DNA of 36,486 nucleotides from contig MRSU01001097.1 in the NCBI GenBank assembly GCA_008369845.1, positions 1 to 36,486 on the forward strand, read 5' to 3'. The notes under the pieces were generated by a model that was given only the letters and a program-made list of their open reading frames with translations, searched no databases and was not told where the DNA came from. The DNA is from Trichomonas gallinae (taxonomy: Eukaryota). The position numbers were made by a program, and so were the translations under genes. Positions within the stretch are counted from its first letter, which is position 1. Each line of letters begins with the position of its first letter. Below, piece after piece: positions 1 to 9,577 of this stretch.

Positions 1-216
1 CTTGCTGCAAGTGCAAAGACCACGCATGTCAAACTGAATGACTTCGAATATCATCCAAGATTTGTACCTGATACATATTCTGAAAAATTAAGCAAAATAT
101 ATGAGCACGATCTAGATTTTGCAAAAGTACAACCATGTCCTGCTATTATAGAGCCACTTTACACGGAAAATCGTTCGATGCAAAATATTAAAAGATTTAA
201 ATCAAAGAAAGAGTGA
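1..216 (+). CDS. 3' end of an unidentified protein-coding gene (5' truncated by window edge)
   Basis: Frame 1 is open for 71 codons from base 1 (LAASAKTTHVKLNDFEYHPRFVPDTYSEKL...KRFKSKKE) to TGA at 214-216, followed by an abrupt switch to AT-rich sequence. No family recognised. Confidence 0.65.
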   Translation, partial: LAASAKTTHVKLNDFEYHPRFVPDTYSEKLSKIYEHDLDFAKVQPCPAIIEPLYTENRSMQNIKRFKSKKE

Positions 217-1519
217 TGCATCATATTACTCAATCCATAATAATGCGTATTTATTGTAATATTATTGGATTTGTTATTAAATTTTTTTATTATTTTTAAA
301 CTATACTATTTTTGACTTTATTGATCATTAGTCATAGTAAAAGGCGAATATATAATGAAATTGAATGAAATGTAATTCAAAATTAGATTTATTTTTTTTG
401 ATCAGATCATAATGTTTCAAAATGACGCAATGGTCATTTCTATAGATTATTAGTACTATTTGATGATTAGTGATATCAAAAAAAGCGTTGATTTAAGTAA
501 CTAGCTTAAAATTATTTTTAAAAGTAAATTTGTGTTCGCATTCATCAATTAACAATAAAAGAATACGCATATGTATCAAACTCTGGATAGTACTATATGA
601 ATAGTGAGCGTTTTGCAAACGAAATTCAATATTGGAATTTGATGTCGAAGATTTAATCAAACCACGCAGAGATATGCTACACTTTGGGACGAGTTTTGAT
701 GATTGCCGTGCATTTTAATACTCGATGATAAGCCTATTCGACTTTCGATTTCTATCGTCATTTACTGATGTAACTTTCGACCCAAATGTCACTTTTCATT
801 GTCATTTCCGACACTCCTCGACTTTTTGGTGTTGTTATTAATGATTTAAAGTGCTAATCAGTCATATATATACTGTGTGGCTTGTTTTAATAAAATCTGT
901 GTCAAATATTGTGCAAATTGCATTTTACTGGTTGAAGTTATATATAGATAGGTATGGTGATTCATATAACAAAGAAATTAAACAGATTTCAACATATAAT
1001 TGATCATTAACAAAAAAACAAAGAATCAGGCCAAATGAAGTTGTGCACTAACATATTTATATCATTTATGTAGCATTACATATATAAATATACTTAGAAT
1101 TTATTCTGAAGTCACGCTTCTTTCATATTCGCATACAAGCATTATGCTTTTTGATAATTCTACATCATGCCAGTTATATCATGGCATTGTAGGCGTATAT
1201 TACGTTATTATGAAGGGAAAAATTGAAAATTAAATTGAATTTACTTTTGTAGACTACCTTATATGGATGTAGATTACCATAAGTCTAACGTGTTATCTTC
1301 TGCTGCTCCATCATTAGGTAAAACTAAAATCCACATATCGCACCACTGTACAAAATAACTTTAGTATATATCAAATATACAATATATATTGTAAAAATCG
1401 AATTAAAAATGTATTCAGAGAAAGTAAATATTTTCATTCAGATCTAAATGTGAGTCTTGTGTATATAAATGCATATGCGTATGTTGTTGTTTCAATGTGT
1501 GCTATAAACTCCACAAAAA

Positions 1520-3172
1520 TTACTGTGTCAGAATCTTGACTCTCACTGAAATCATTATCATCAGCGAAACGAAGAGAAATAATTCAATGACGTTAATAAT
1601 CAACGGCCTTAGGTACTCAACAAGTAATTTTGCATCATCTTCCGCTAATTTTCCTGCCATATATTTTGGAAGCTCACGCATCATCACATAGAACTTCACA
1701 GGCCCAACTAATACTTGCATGCCTGTTTGCGCCTGCGTCATCCTATAGAAGTACTCGTCGGCTTCGTGCAGCTGAGTGTGCAATGCGAGCCAGAGAGCTG
1801 ATGTGTCGTTGCCAGTCCTTGCATTTCTTACGTGATACAGATAATCATTTTCATAAGTATTGGATTGTATCTTGGTGGACTTAATAGCGGTCATTGGTGT
1901 CAGTCCAAGGTCAATCATCTTAAGAAATGCGTGTTCTGAGCCTTTCGAAACATATTTGTCAAAGAATTTCGTCCAAGGGCCAAATTCGATTAATTGGCGT
2001 GTCATCTCTACACCACGTTCACAGTTATACCTAACTCCATCGCCACCGATCAATTGCTCGGTTGCAAGATAAATAGCTTTGAAATTTCCAAGAGAAGCTC
2101 CATGAGAGCGATACTCGTAGCCCTTTGTGTTACTTCTGCCAACACCGCAGAATCCATAGTAGAAAATTTCGCCTAATATTTCGATTGAAGGAGAATAATT
2201 TTGATTTGCTGAAATACGAAGTACTCGGAGAATTTCATCGCAGTTCTGTCCGTTCTGGTTTTGCCCATTCAATATCAGGTACTTCAGATATAGAGCGGTT
2301 GGTTCTTCAATCTTCAAAGCTTGCTGATAATAATCTGATAATTTAGATGTTTCGTTTGTAACATTCACGAATGTAAGAATATAAGCTAGTGGACCTCCTG
2401 CTTGTATATAGCCGGCATTAAATGAGTTTTTAAGAAGTCTCACGACATTTCTAAGTTCGTGTATTGAAGGATAAGGTGTGAATATCTTTGTCATGGCGAG
2501 GTTGTACATATCTAACGGATCTTTGCTCTTTGTTAATCTTGCTAATTCTGCACTGTTTGGTAATTTTCTTTGTATTGGGAAAGTAAACATTCTTGTGACG
2601 GTTTCAGCAGCTGTTTTAATTACATTATAAGCTGATGGGCAAGAAAATGGTCGATATTTTCCTTCAATGTGCTGATTTCCACGAGATAAAATTGATTCTA
2701 GAGCTGAGGGAGAAATATCAGCTTCTACTATTGATAGTGGAATATCTTTGTCATAATATCTATGATAGAATGACAGAAGTGAACTTGCGGTCTTGCTTCC
2801 ATATTTAACTGCTTTTGCGTAATATTCCCGAGCAATAGTATGATTTTGTGTTTGATTATATGCGCCGAATTCGAATATTCTACCATATCCTAAGCACGCA
2901 TTGTGATTATTTTGTTCACATAATGTTTTTAATTTATTGATATTCGAATCTATTTCATCTCTTATATAAAGTGCATTGTATATCGATTGTATTTCTTCCT
3001 CATTGGTCGTATTCCATGTTAAGTCATCAACAGCCATAATATATCCATCGACTGAGATTAATTTAAAGACTGGAGGCGGAGGAAGATAATAAGGGTTATC
3101 CATCATGAGCCCCTTCTTCCATGGCATTTTAAATTTGGTCGAATTAAGGTTTAGATACCAAAACACAGACAT
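1520..3172 (-). CDS. SEL1L: SEL1L/Hrd3-like Sel1-repeat ER membrane protein (ERAD adaptor), ~550 aa
   Basis: Sel1-type repeats (LGYGRIFEFG..AREYYAKAVKYG; LGEIFYYGFCGVGRS). GNQHIEGKYRPFSCPSAYNVIKTAAETV and GVRYNCERGVEMTRQLIEFGPW resemble the two characteristic 'SC..A' segments of SEL1L/Hrd3. Single C-terminal TM helix. Start moved to ATG 3172 (MSVFWYL) because the upstream extension runs through a homopolymer tract. Confidence 0.8.
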   Translation of the reverse strand: MSVFWYLNLNSTKFKMPWKKGLMMDNPYYLPPPPVFKLISVDGYIMAVDDLTWNTTNEEEIQSIYNALYIRDEIDSNINKLKTLCEQNNHNACLGYGRIFEFGAYNQTQNHTIAREYYAKAVKYGSKTASSLLSFYHRYYDKDIPLSIVEADISPSALESILSRGNQHIEGKYRPFSCPSAYNVIKTAAETVTRMFTFPIQRKLPNSAELARLTKSKDPLDMYNLAMTKIFTPYPSIHELRNVVRLLKNSFNAGYIQAGGPLAYILTFVNVTNETSKLSDYYQQALKIEEPTALYLKYLILNGQNQNGQNCDEILRVLRISANQNYSPSIEILGEIFYYGFCGVGRSNTKGYEYRSHGASLGNFKAIYLATEQLIGGDGVRYNCERGVEMTRQLIEFGPWTKFFDKYVSKGSEHAFLKMIDLGLTPMTAIKSTKIQSNTYENDYLYHVRNARTGNDTSALWLALHTQLHEADEYFYRMTQAQTGMQVLVGPVKFYVMMRELPKYMAGKLAEDDAKLLVEYLRPLIINVIELFLFVSLMIMISVRVKILTQ

Positions 3173-4634
3173 TTTTTTTGACAATTTTTTTTTTTTTTTT
3201 TGTGCAAAGAGTCGGAATTTTCTAGTTTTTGGCATAAATATATTTATATCATAGCCAAATGAATAATTTTCATATGAAATTCAAGAATTTCTCTGTTTTT
3301 CATGAAATATAAAAGGTGATTAAACTCTTAACCTTATTTATTCGGACAAATGTGATACGGACAAAGTTATCCATGCTTATACCTATTATCATAAGAATCA
3401 ACTACCTGCAAATAATTATAGGTGAAGCATACCAGTTCCAGTTATTTTATTGCATTTTGAACAAAAAATAATTTCAATTCAAAATCAAAGTCGTTTAAAA
3501 CTCAAAATTTAAATGCCATACATAATATGATAGTACAAATTATTGCTTTAATATGTTTAAATTATATGTTAGAATCGAAATTTTAAATCATATAACATGC
3601 CCGAAAATTTTGGTGCATCTCATATGTTCCATATATAGTGCAAAAATCTGATTATGTATCTAAAAAATCTAAGCTCTTGCGCAGTAGGATCATAGTGAAA
3701 CATAACGAAACTCAACGATTTTTATAAAAACACGCAAATAATAGCAATAAATCCATACAATAATATACAAAGATGTAATCCGTCTACAGAAACACCAGAA
3801 ATTTCTGGTAATTCAATAAAATTTTATATTTAGAACATGTTATTTTATTGAAGCGTATACATTATACATGCCGTAATGTAAATGTTACGCAACTATATTT
3901 TATAAAATAGTTCACAGATAAATGGGAAGTATCTAAGCAATTTGAGAATTTGACATGTAAAGAACGCTTATATGTTTACATGTATTCAATTTTGGCCATG
4001 AGTGCTTCTCAATAACCACTATAGTAAATCCAAATTTTATTTGATAAATAAGAACTGTGGGTAAAATAGTATCATATAAATGATTTATTATTTTGAAAAT
4101 TTGTTAATAATTGCTAAAAAATTCAAATAATTTAATTTATTTTTTCATTTATGAAAAAATAATATTGGGATTTTTCATTCTACCTTATCCTACTGTGATA
4201 ATGCTTATATATCATACCTATAGGTACTCAAGGATGCATATATTATTATATATTAGTTTGAGTTAAATTTATCGGTAGCGTCGTAGTCTCATCACCTTTG
4301 AAATATCCGAAATATCGGACAAATAAACAGTTTTATTACTCATAATTCTATATTTAAGGATATATCATTTATAAAGATGATATATTAAGACATACTAATG
4401 TTGAAACTAATTTCATTATCAAGAAAAGATTATTTTGACATATAATGGCAAAAAAAAATATTTTACAAATAATATTTTACATGATAAATACTAAAATGGC
4501 AAATATATTTACAAAACAAAAAATATTTATACGTGACAAAATATATCATTCATGATAGATCATTAAATAAGAATGAAATATCATATAATATGATCAGCCT
4601 TTAAGTGCCTTAAAAGTACTCAACCTAAAAGTAG

Positions 4635-4930
4635 TTCTATTTGGAAGAAAACAGCCATAAACATGAATTTTATAATAATTTACAAAACAAAATTATGATT
4701 TACGTGTCAAATATTTGACATAACAAAATTTCGTGATTAATCAGTGTCTTTATTGATATAATTTATAATTTTTGATTAAATTCTCTTTGGAATAAAACAA
4801 CTAAAATCATTTTACAATTGTAAACTTATTTACAAATCAAAATTATGGTTAACATGACAAATTTATGATTTTGCTAGATTTCAAGATGAATCAATGTCTT
4901 TATTGATATTATTGCTAATTTTTAATTTAT
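4635..4930. repeat. Degenerate tandem duplication, 2 x ~146-150 bp, upstream of the Nup205-like gene
   Basis: Units begin ttctatttggaagaaaaca (4635) and ttctctttggaataaaaca (4781). Both contain atttacaaa.caaaattatg and tca.tgtctttattgatat (4741, 4891). Confidence 0.8.
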
Positions 4931-4952
4931 TTTCCATGAACGAATTTTTCAA

Positions 4953-4960
4953 AAAGTGAC
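4953..4960 (+). promoter_or_regulatory. AAAGTGAC (trichomonad M2-type upstream motif)
   Basis: Exact AAAGTGAC ending 30 nt before ATG 4990. The same motif precedes several other starts in this window. Confidence 0.6.
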
Positions 4961-4989
4961 ATTGGATTTTTGTCCAAAAAGTGCCAATA

Positions 4990-7900
4990 ATGTCAACAAA
5001 CACTAAAGCCGAACCAAGCATTAATCAGGCCGAAAGTGATTTTGTTGATGCCTATGAGCGAACATCAATAGAAAAATCAGAATTATTGAGTCATTTTCAA
5101 ACTGTTTTAGATATTCTCGACAATAAATCTGCACCACCAACTAATGATGTCGTCATTAACTACGAAATACACACAAGACCAGATTTTTCAACGAAAGGCG
5201 TAGATATTTTTCCAAAATCTTGCTTCGTTACAACTGTGTATATTGGAAGATTGCTAAATGATATGAATATCCTCATAGATAGCAGCGCTCCAATCACAAG
5301 AAGCAGCCAACAAATCCAAAATAATACGAATTTTGCTGAAAACTTCCAAGAATTGGATGCTTTCATGAATCAAAACCATCAGACAGACGATTTATTTGGA
5401 AAATACTACTTAACGATTAAAGCAGCCATTGCGCTTTTCTATGGTAGACAAGATTATATCCAAAAATATTATACTGCAGATTTGCTTGAATATTTGAAAA
5501 ATTATTTGTTAGTTCAAAAGCTGGTCTGCCAATCTCGCATTTTTCAGATTGTTCTCGAAACATACGCGAAAATATTTGTAAAAAGAGCACTTGAACAAGC
5601 AAAACCTCAAATTCGCGCATTTAACGAAAAGAAAATCAGCCAGAAGCATACAAGCAAGGATGAAAAACCACCATACCATGAAATTCTCGTTTTTCTGCAA
5701 TTTGTCACAACAATTGGAAATCTCTGGCAAGGAACGGATTACGCGGCCTTCTTCTATGAGAATGGCTCTGACTACATCCATGATTCAAGAGAATCGATTC
5801 CTCCTCCGCTTTTCTGTGGAATTGTCGATTGTTGCGCAATGATGTGCAGAACTCCGGAATTGGCGCGCAAAATTATGAGCAGTATCGCAGCTTCTAGCTC
5901 AGAAATCATCAAATTCACCAATTTCATTGAAGCTATTCACGGTCACGCGTTAGATCTCGGATCTTGCGATATTGAAAGGAAAGCGCTTTCAGTCAAAGAT
6001 GCTTATGGTATGGAGTCTGTTTTGAAGTTCCTTGCTGCGATTGCACGCCAGGATCCTTCACATTTCAGAATTGAAAATTCAAATAACGGAAATCAAGACA
6101 AAATCGAACATAAATCCGCTCTCCATGAGGCATTAAACAGATATAAGGACAAATCTCTCACTTTATCATTAGTACAAATTATTCTTTCTTCAGTTCCAGC
6201 AACATTAAAAGGCTGCTGCTTCGAATTGTTGGCTGAAATCTCATCAGAATACAATGCAGATATCTGGACACAGCTCGAAGACTCTAAAATCTTAACATCA
6301 GACATAATCAAATCACGTAAAGGTGGAATTTTAACAGAAATCGAAACAATCGAAAACAAAGCAGGTATCTACCCAATCACTCGCAATTTCATCAGGTGTT
6401 TGGCCTCTTTGCTCAAGCACGGAGCTCCAAAAGAAAGATTCGACATTTACCACGATTTTCTCAACAAAATCGTCTTGAATAACCATACTACGTGGCTATA
6501 TACGCACATAAGCGACAAATGGGGTATTTTAACAGACCTTGCCCAATGTTGGATTAATTTAATTGTTAACGAAAAAACTTATAAAGAGTTCGTTCCCAGG
6601 ATAAGAGACGACCAGGAACTTATCAAGATGCTCCTTAACTCCTTAAATGATGAAGACGCGCCTCTTGAAACCCTCTATACCAACTACAAATTCTTCCTGA
6701 TATTGTCCGAGAAATCTGAAAAATTAGATTCTCACTCAGTTTCTTCTATCGAGGAGCAGCTTGGCTGGAACACCGCCACAATCAATAAGATCCTCAGATG
6801 CACTGCCTGCATCGACAGGGACCTCCAGAGGATCTCTATTCACTTGCTGCAGAGAATCTGTTTGACATCTCCAACAGTTGCACAGGTAATCATATCAAAG
6901 GAGAACGCCAGAGCCATAGATGTCATCAAATACGTCATTGACTATGACGAAAGTGAAGATGAAGACGAAGAAGGTATTTTGAATATCAGATGTTCAATGC
7001 TAACATTCTTGTTATCACTCGGATCTGATTCATTCTTCTTAAGGCATGTCTGTGGATTCAGTCTCCATGATCCACCTCTGTCTATTTTGCAATCATCTCT
7101 CGATGGAGGAATTTTAACGACAATTTTGGACAAGCTCCACAAATACGATACGCACATGCACTCTCCTAAATTCACAGAGCTCTCTTTCAAGCTTTTGCTT
7201 TTACTAACAGAATCTGCCTTGACAATCGGTCCAACTCTTTCTCTTTTGCTTTCCTGGGGCCATTCCTTCTTCGTAGACCAGCTTTTATTGCTCAGAGACG
7301 ACAAATGCATGCTGTCATCCATCGGCTGCTACCTGCAGTTATTAGCTAGAGCGGCTGCAATGAACACAGAAGCGATTTTCAGCGGACCTACTCAGCAAGC
7401 TTTCAACTCACTTTTGACTTCAATCAGCGGCGACGGAAACGCGAAGAGGAACATCATGATACTGGGATTCATCGACAGAATCGATGGCAGCGATGACGCG
7501 CTGGCCATTGCTTTGGGCGTCAAAGAAGTCTGCGTCAACTTCTTCGCGAATGAACACGCTGTAGAAGAAATGATGAAAACAACTTCGACGTGGATCCTCA
7601 GCTGGATCATGTTCGTTATTACAATACTTGAGCACATTCCAAAGCTTAATTCGCAGAGATCTCAGAAGCAGGTTCAGATACTGTCTGAATCAGCTGCATG
7701 CATCGCACACGTCGTATTCGGAAACAGGATTTTCACGAACATCGAAGACAGCATCTACGGAAAAGTTTTCTCTGCTTCCATAACATGCTTATTGCATTTG
7801 GTCGACTCACACAACGCATCTGCTCGTGCAGGAATCTATTCCATCATCGACGCTGTTGTGAGAGGAGCACCCGAGTCAATCAAGGAAGAATTCATCCAAA

Positions 7901-9075
7901 TATTCTCAATCCACGAAACACAAGTCTTGGAGATCATCAAGAAAGACTCCAACGAAGAGATACCTATCATAGAAGCCGGCGCAATGTCTGTCGCTGAGTC
8001 TCTGATCAAGATCGCTTCTCCGTTTTCGTTCATTGAACTCATTTCTTCTGCAATCAGAGAAATCGAAGACGACTGGAGGCTCTTCAGAAGTGATGACAAA
8101 GCTTGCTCATTCGTCATCAAGTCAAAGTGCTCATTCTTCACCAGGTTCATCGCAACCGTCCAGAATCCGAAACTTATGAAAGTTTTCATTGAAGATGGAG
8201 TCGTCGCTAAATTGTCTTACGAAGAATACTGGAGGAACACAGCATCAGTTTTCTCAACATGCACGAAGAAAGTTTCATCAGAGCAGAAGCTTATAATGGG
8301 CTCATCAATCATTAAGCTCTTCTCTACATTGGCTGCTGCACTGCAGAATAACGAAGATGCCAAGAGACACATTACTTGCTTCATCAAGAAGTTTAAGGAT
8401 CCTATTGTCGCTGTTTTGAACTTCGAGAGTGAAATCACAAACGTCGCAATTGAGTTCATTGCTGATGTCATCTGCCTTGTTTCCATTGTCCCCGGCTTGG
8501 AGAGATCTATCAACAACCCAGTCGTCGACAGGATTCCATTCGTCTTTAGGAGGTTCTTGGATTTGGATGGATGGACAGCATTACTCAAAGTCAGATCCGA
8601 TTCGATAGATAGCAGACTTCAGCAGGACAAGATCATCCCGCAAGAAATATTGAATGATGCTAAGAAGATTGTACAGAAATTATTAAGATGCTGCGTCACT
8701 TTCTTAGTGAGAAGAACTGATGCTAAATTGTTATTCGCTCCTCCTCTCGTTGGCGATGAATGGAGAACTTCTTCCATGCAGAAGAGGACGAATGATGTAG
8801 TTCCTTTGTCAGTTGTCACAAGCTATGCCACGCAGTTATTGCGGGATGATGCTGACAAGTACACAAAGACAATAGCGTCGATGTGCTTAGTTATTATCTG
8901 GAGACATCTTCTCGTGTGGAGTGGCGAAGGTGTTGACTTCGATGTCAGCACAATCAGGTCACAAGCTAAGATTTTCTCTGAGAACCCATTTAAGAGTGCT
9001 CAGCAGAAGGGTGAAATAGACAGTGCTGTACTTAAGAAGATTGTTGCATTCCACGCAACAAACAACAAAGTGTAA
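4990..9075 (+). CDS. NUP205: Nucleoporin Nup205/Nup192-like alpha-solenoid, ~1361 aa
   Basis: Long helical ORF. The segment ILTEIETIENKAGIYPITRNFIRCLASLL...FDIYHDFLNKIVL...LY...DKW matches the conserved Nup205 pattern E..E....EYPLTRAF..L...F..Y..FL...V.....Y....EKW. First ATG is at 4990 (the track start 4981 is GTG). Confidence 0.75.
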   Translation: MSTNTKAEPSINQAESDFVDAYERTSIEKSELLSHFQTVLDILDNKSAPPTNDVVINYEIHTRPDFSTKGVDIFPKSCFVTTVYIGRLLNDMNILIDSSAPITRSSQQIQNNTNFAENFQELDAFMNQNHQTDDLFGKYYLTIKAAIALFYGRQDYIQKYYTADLLEYLKNYLLVQKLVCQSRIFQIVLETYAKIFVKRALEQAKPQIRAFNEKKISQKHTSKDEKPPYHEILVFLQFVTTIGNLWQGTDYAAFFYENGSDYIHDSRESIPPPLFCGIVDCCAMMCRTPELARKIMSSIAASSSEIIKFTNFIEAIHGHALDLGSCDIERKALSVKDAYGMESVLKFLAAIARQDPSHFRIENSNNGNQDKIEHKSALHEALNRYKDKSLTLSLVQIILSSVPATLKGCCFELLAEISSEYNADIWTQLEDSKILTSDIIKSRKGGILTEIETIENKAGIYPITRNFIRCLASLLKHGAPKERFDIYHDFLNKIVLNNHTTWLYTHISDKWGILTDLAQCWINLIVNEKTYKEFVPRIRDDQELIKMLLNSLNDEDAPLETLYTNYKFFLILSEKSEKLDSHSVSSIEEQLGWNTATINKILRCTACIDRDLQRISIHLLQRICLTSPTVAQVIISKENARAIDVIKYVIDYDESEDEDEEGILNIRCSMLTFLLSLGSDSFFLRHVCGFSLHDPPLSILQSSLDGGILTTILDKLHKYDTHMHSPKFTELSFKLLLLLTESALTIGPTLSLLLSWGHSFFVDQLLLLRDDKCMLSSIGCYLQLLARAAAMNTEAIFSGPTQQAFNSLLTSISGDGNAKRNIMILGFIDRIDGSDDALAIALGVKEVCVNFFANEHAVEEMMKTTSTWILSWIMFVITILEHIPKLNSQRSQKQVQILSESAACIAHVVFGNRIFTNIEDSIYGKVFSASITCLLHLVDSHNASARAGIYSIIDAVVRGAPESIKEEFIQIFSIHETQVLEIIKKDSNEEIPIIEAGAMSVAESLIKIASPFSFIELISSAIREIEDDWRLFRSDDKACSFVIKSKCSFFTRFIATVQNPKLMKVFIEDGVVAKLSYEEYWRNTASVFSTCTKKVSSEQKLIMGSSIIKLFSTLAAALQNNEDAKRHITCFIKKFKDPIVAVLNFESEITNVAIEFIADVICLVSIVPGLERSINNPVVDRIPFVFRRFLDLDGWTALLKVRSDSIDSRLQQDKIIPQEILNDAKKIVQKLLRCCVTFLVRRTDAKLLFAPPLVGDEWRTSSMQKRTNDVVPLSVVTSYATQLLRDDADKYTKTIASMCLVIIWRHLLVWSGEGVDFDVSTIRSQAKIFSENPFKSAQQKGEIDSAVLKKIVAFHATNNKV

Positions 9076-9149
9076 TTTTTTATATTTATATTTATAAAGA
9101 TATTGAAATAAAGAGTTTTTATATTAAATATTTCTACACCAAAACACAA

Positions 9150-9445
9150 CAAAAATGACAAAACTCCATTAATTGTAGCTGCATCTTTGAAATGTTTTTG
9201 AAACTCTCAAAATGTTAGCCAAATTTTGGGCAAAAAACAAAATCAAAAAAAAAAAAAGATGGAATAACTCCATTAATTGTAGCTGCATCTTTGAAATGAT
9301 GCCGAAGCTATCAAGATGTTAGTGGAACTTAATACAAACATGGAAACAAAAGAAAAATGATAAGACTCCATTAGTTTAATCTGTAGATATCATGTGATTG
9401 ATCAATGAAAATGTATAGAATAATGATAAATTTGGACAGTCTCTT
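9150..9445 (+). pseudogene. Decayed ankyrin-repeat fragment (3-4 repeats, frameshifted)
   Basis: An identical 33-bp unit AACTCCATTAATTGTAGCTGCATCTTTGAAATG occurs at 9162-9194 and 9266-9298, with a third ACTCCATTA at 9365. Spacings of 104 and 98 nt are close to 99 nt (33 aa). Translation with frameshifts gives NDKTPLIVAASL..FETLKMLAKF / DGITPLIVAASL..DAEAIKMLVEL / DKTPLV / DKFGQSL. Confidence 0.7.
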
Positions 9446-9556
9446 TAAATCCAGGACTCATTTCCATGTTATAATTTAATAGAGAATGTTATTATCAAAG
9501 ATATGATATTTTGATATTTACGTGTCAAATATTATTTTACTTAGCAAAAATGATTA

Positions 9557-9564
9557 AAAGTGAC
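9557..9564 (+). promoter_or_regulatory. AAAGTGAC (M2-type motif)
   Basis: Exact match ending 14 nt before ATG 9578. Confidence 0.6.
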
Positions 9565-9577
9565 AAAGATAGGAAAA

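Noticed and set aside
3173..3235. N-terminal extension MPKTRKFRLFAQKKKKKLSKK of the SEL1L-like ORF
   Set aside because: The poly-Lys derives from an A/T homopolymer in AT-rich upstream DNA. The downstream ATG gives a hydrophobic N-terminus that fits an ER protein.
9162..9298. Two identical 33-bp repeats resembling a CRISPR array
   Set aside because: Only two full copies, a ~70-nt spacer, eukaryotic context and no cas genes. Better explained as ankyrin coding relics.
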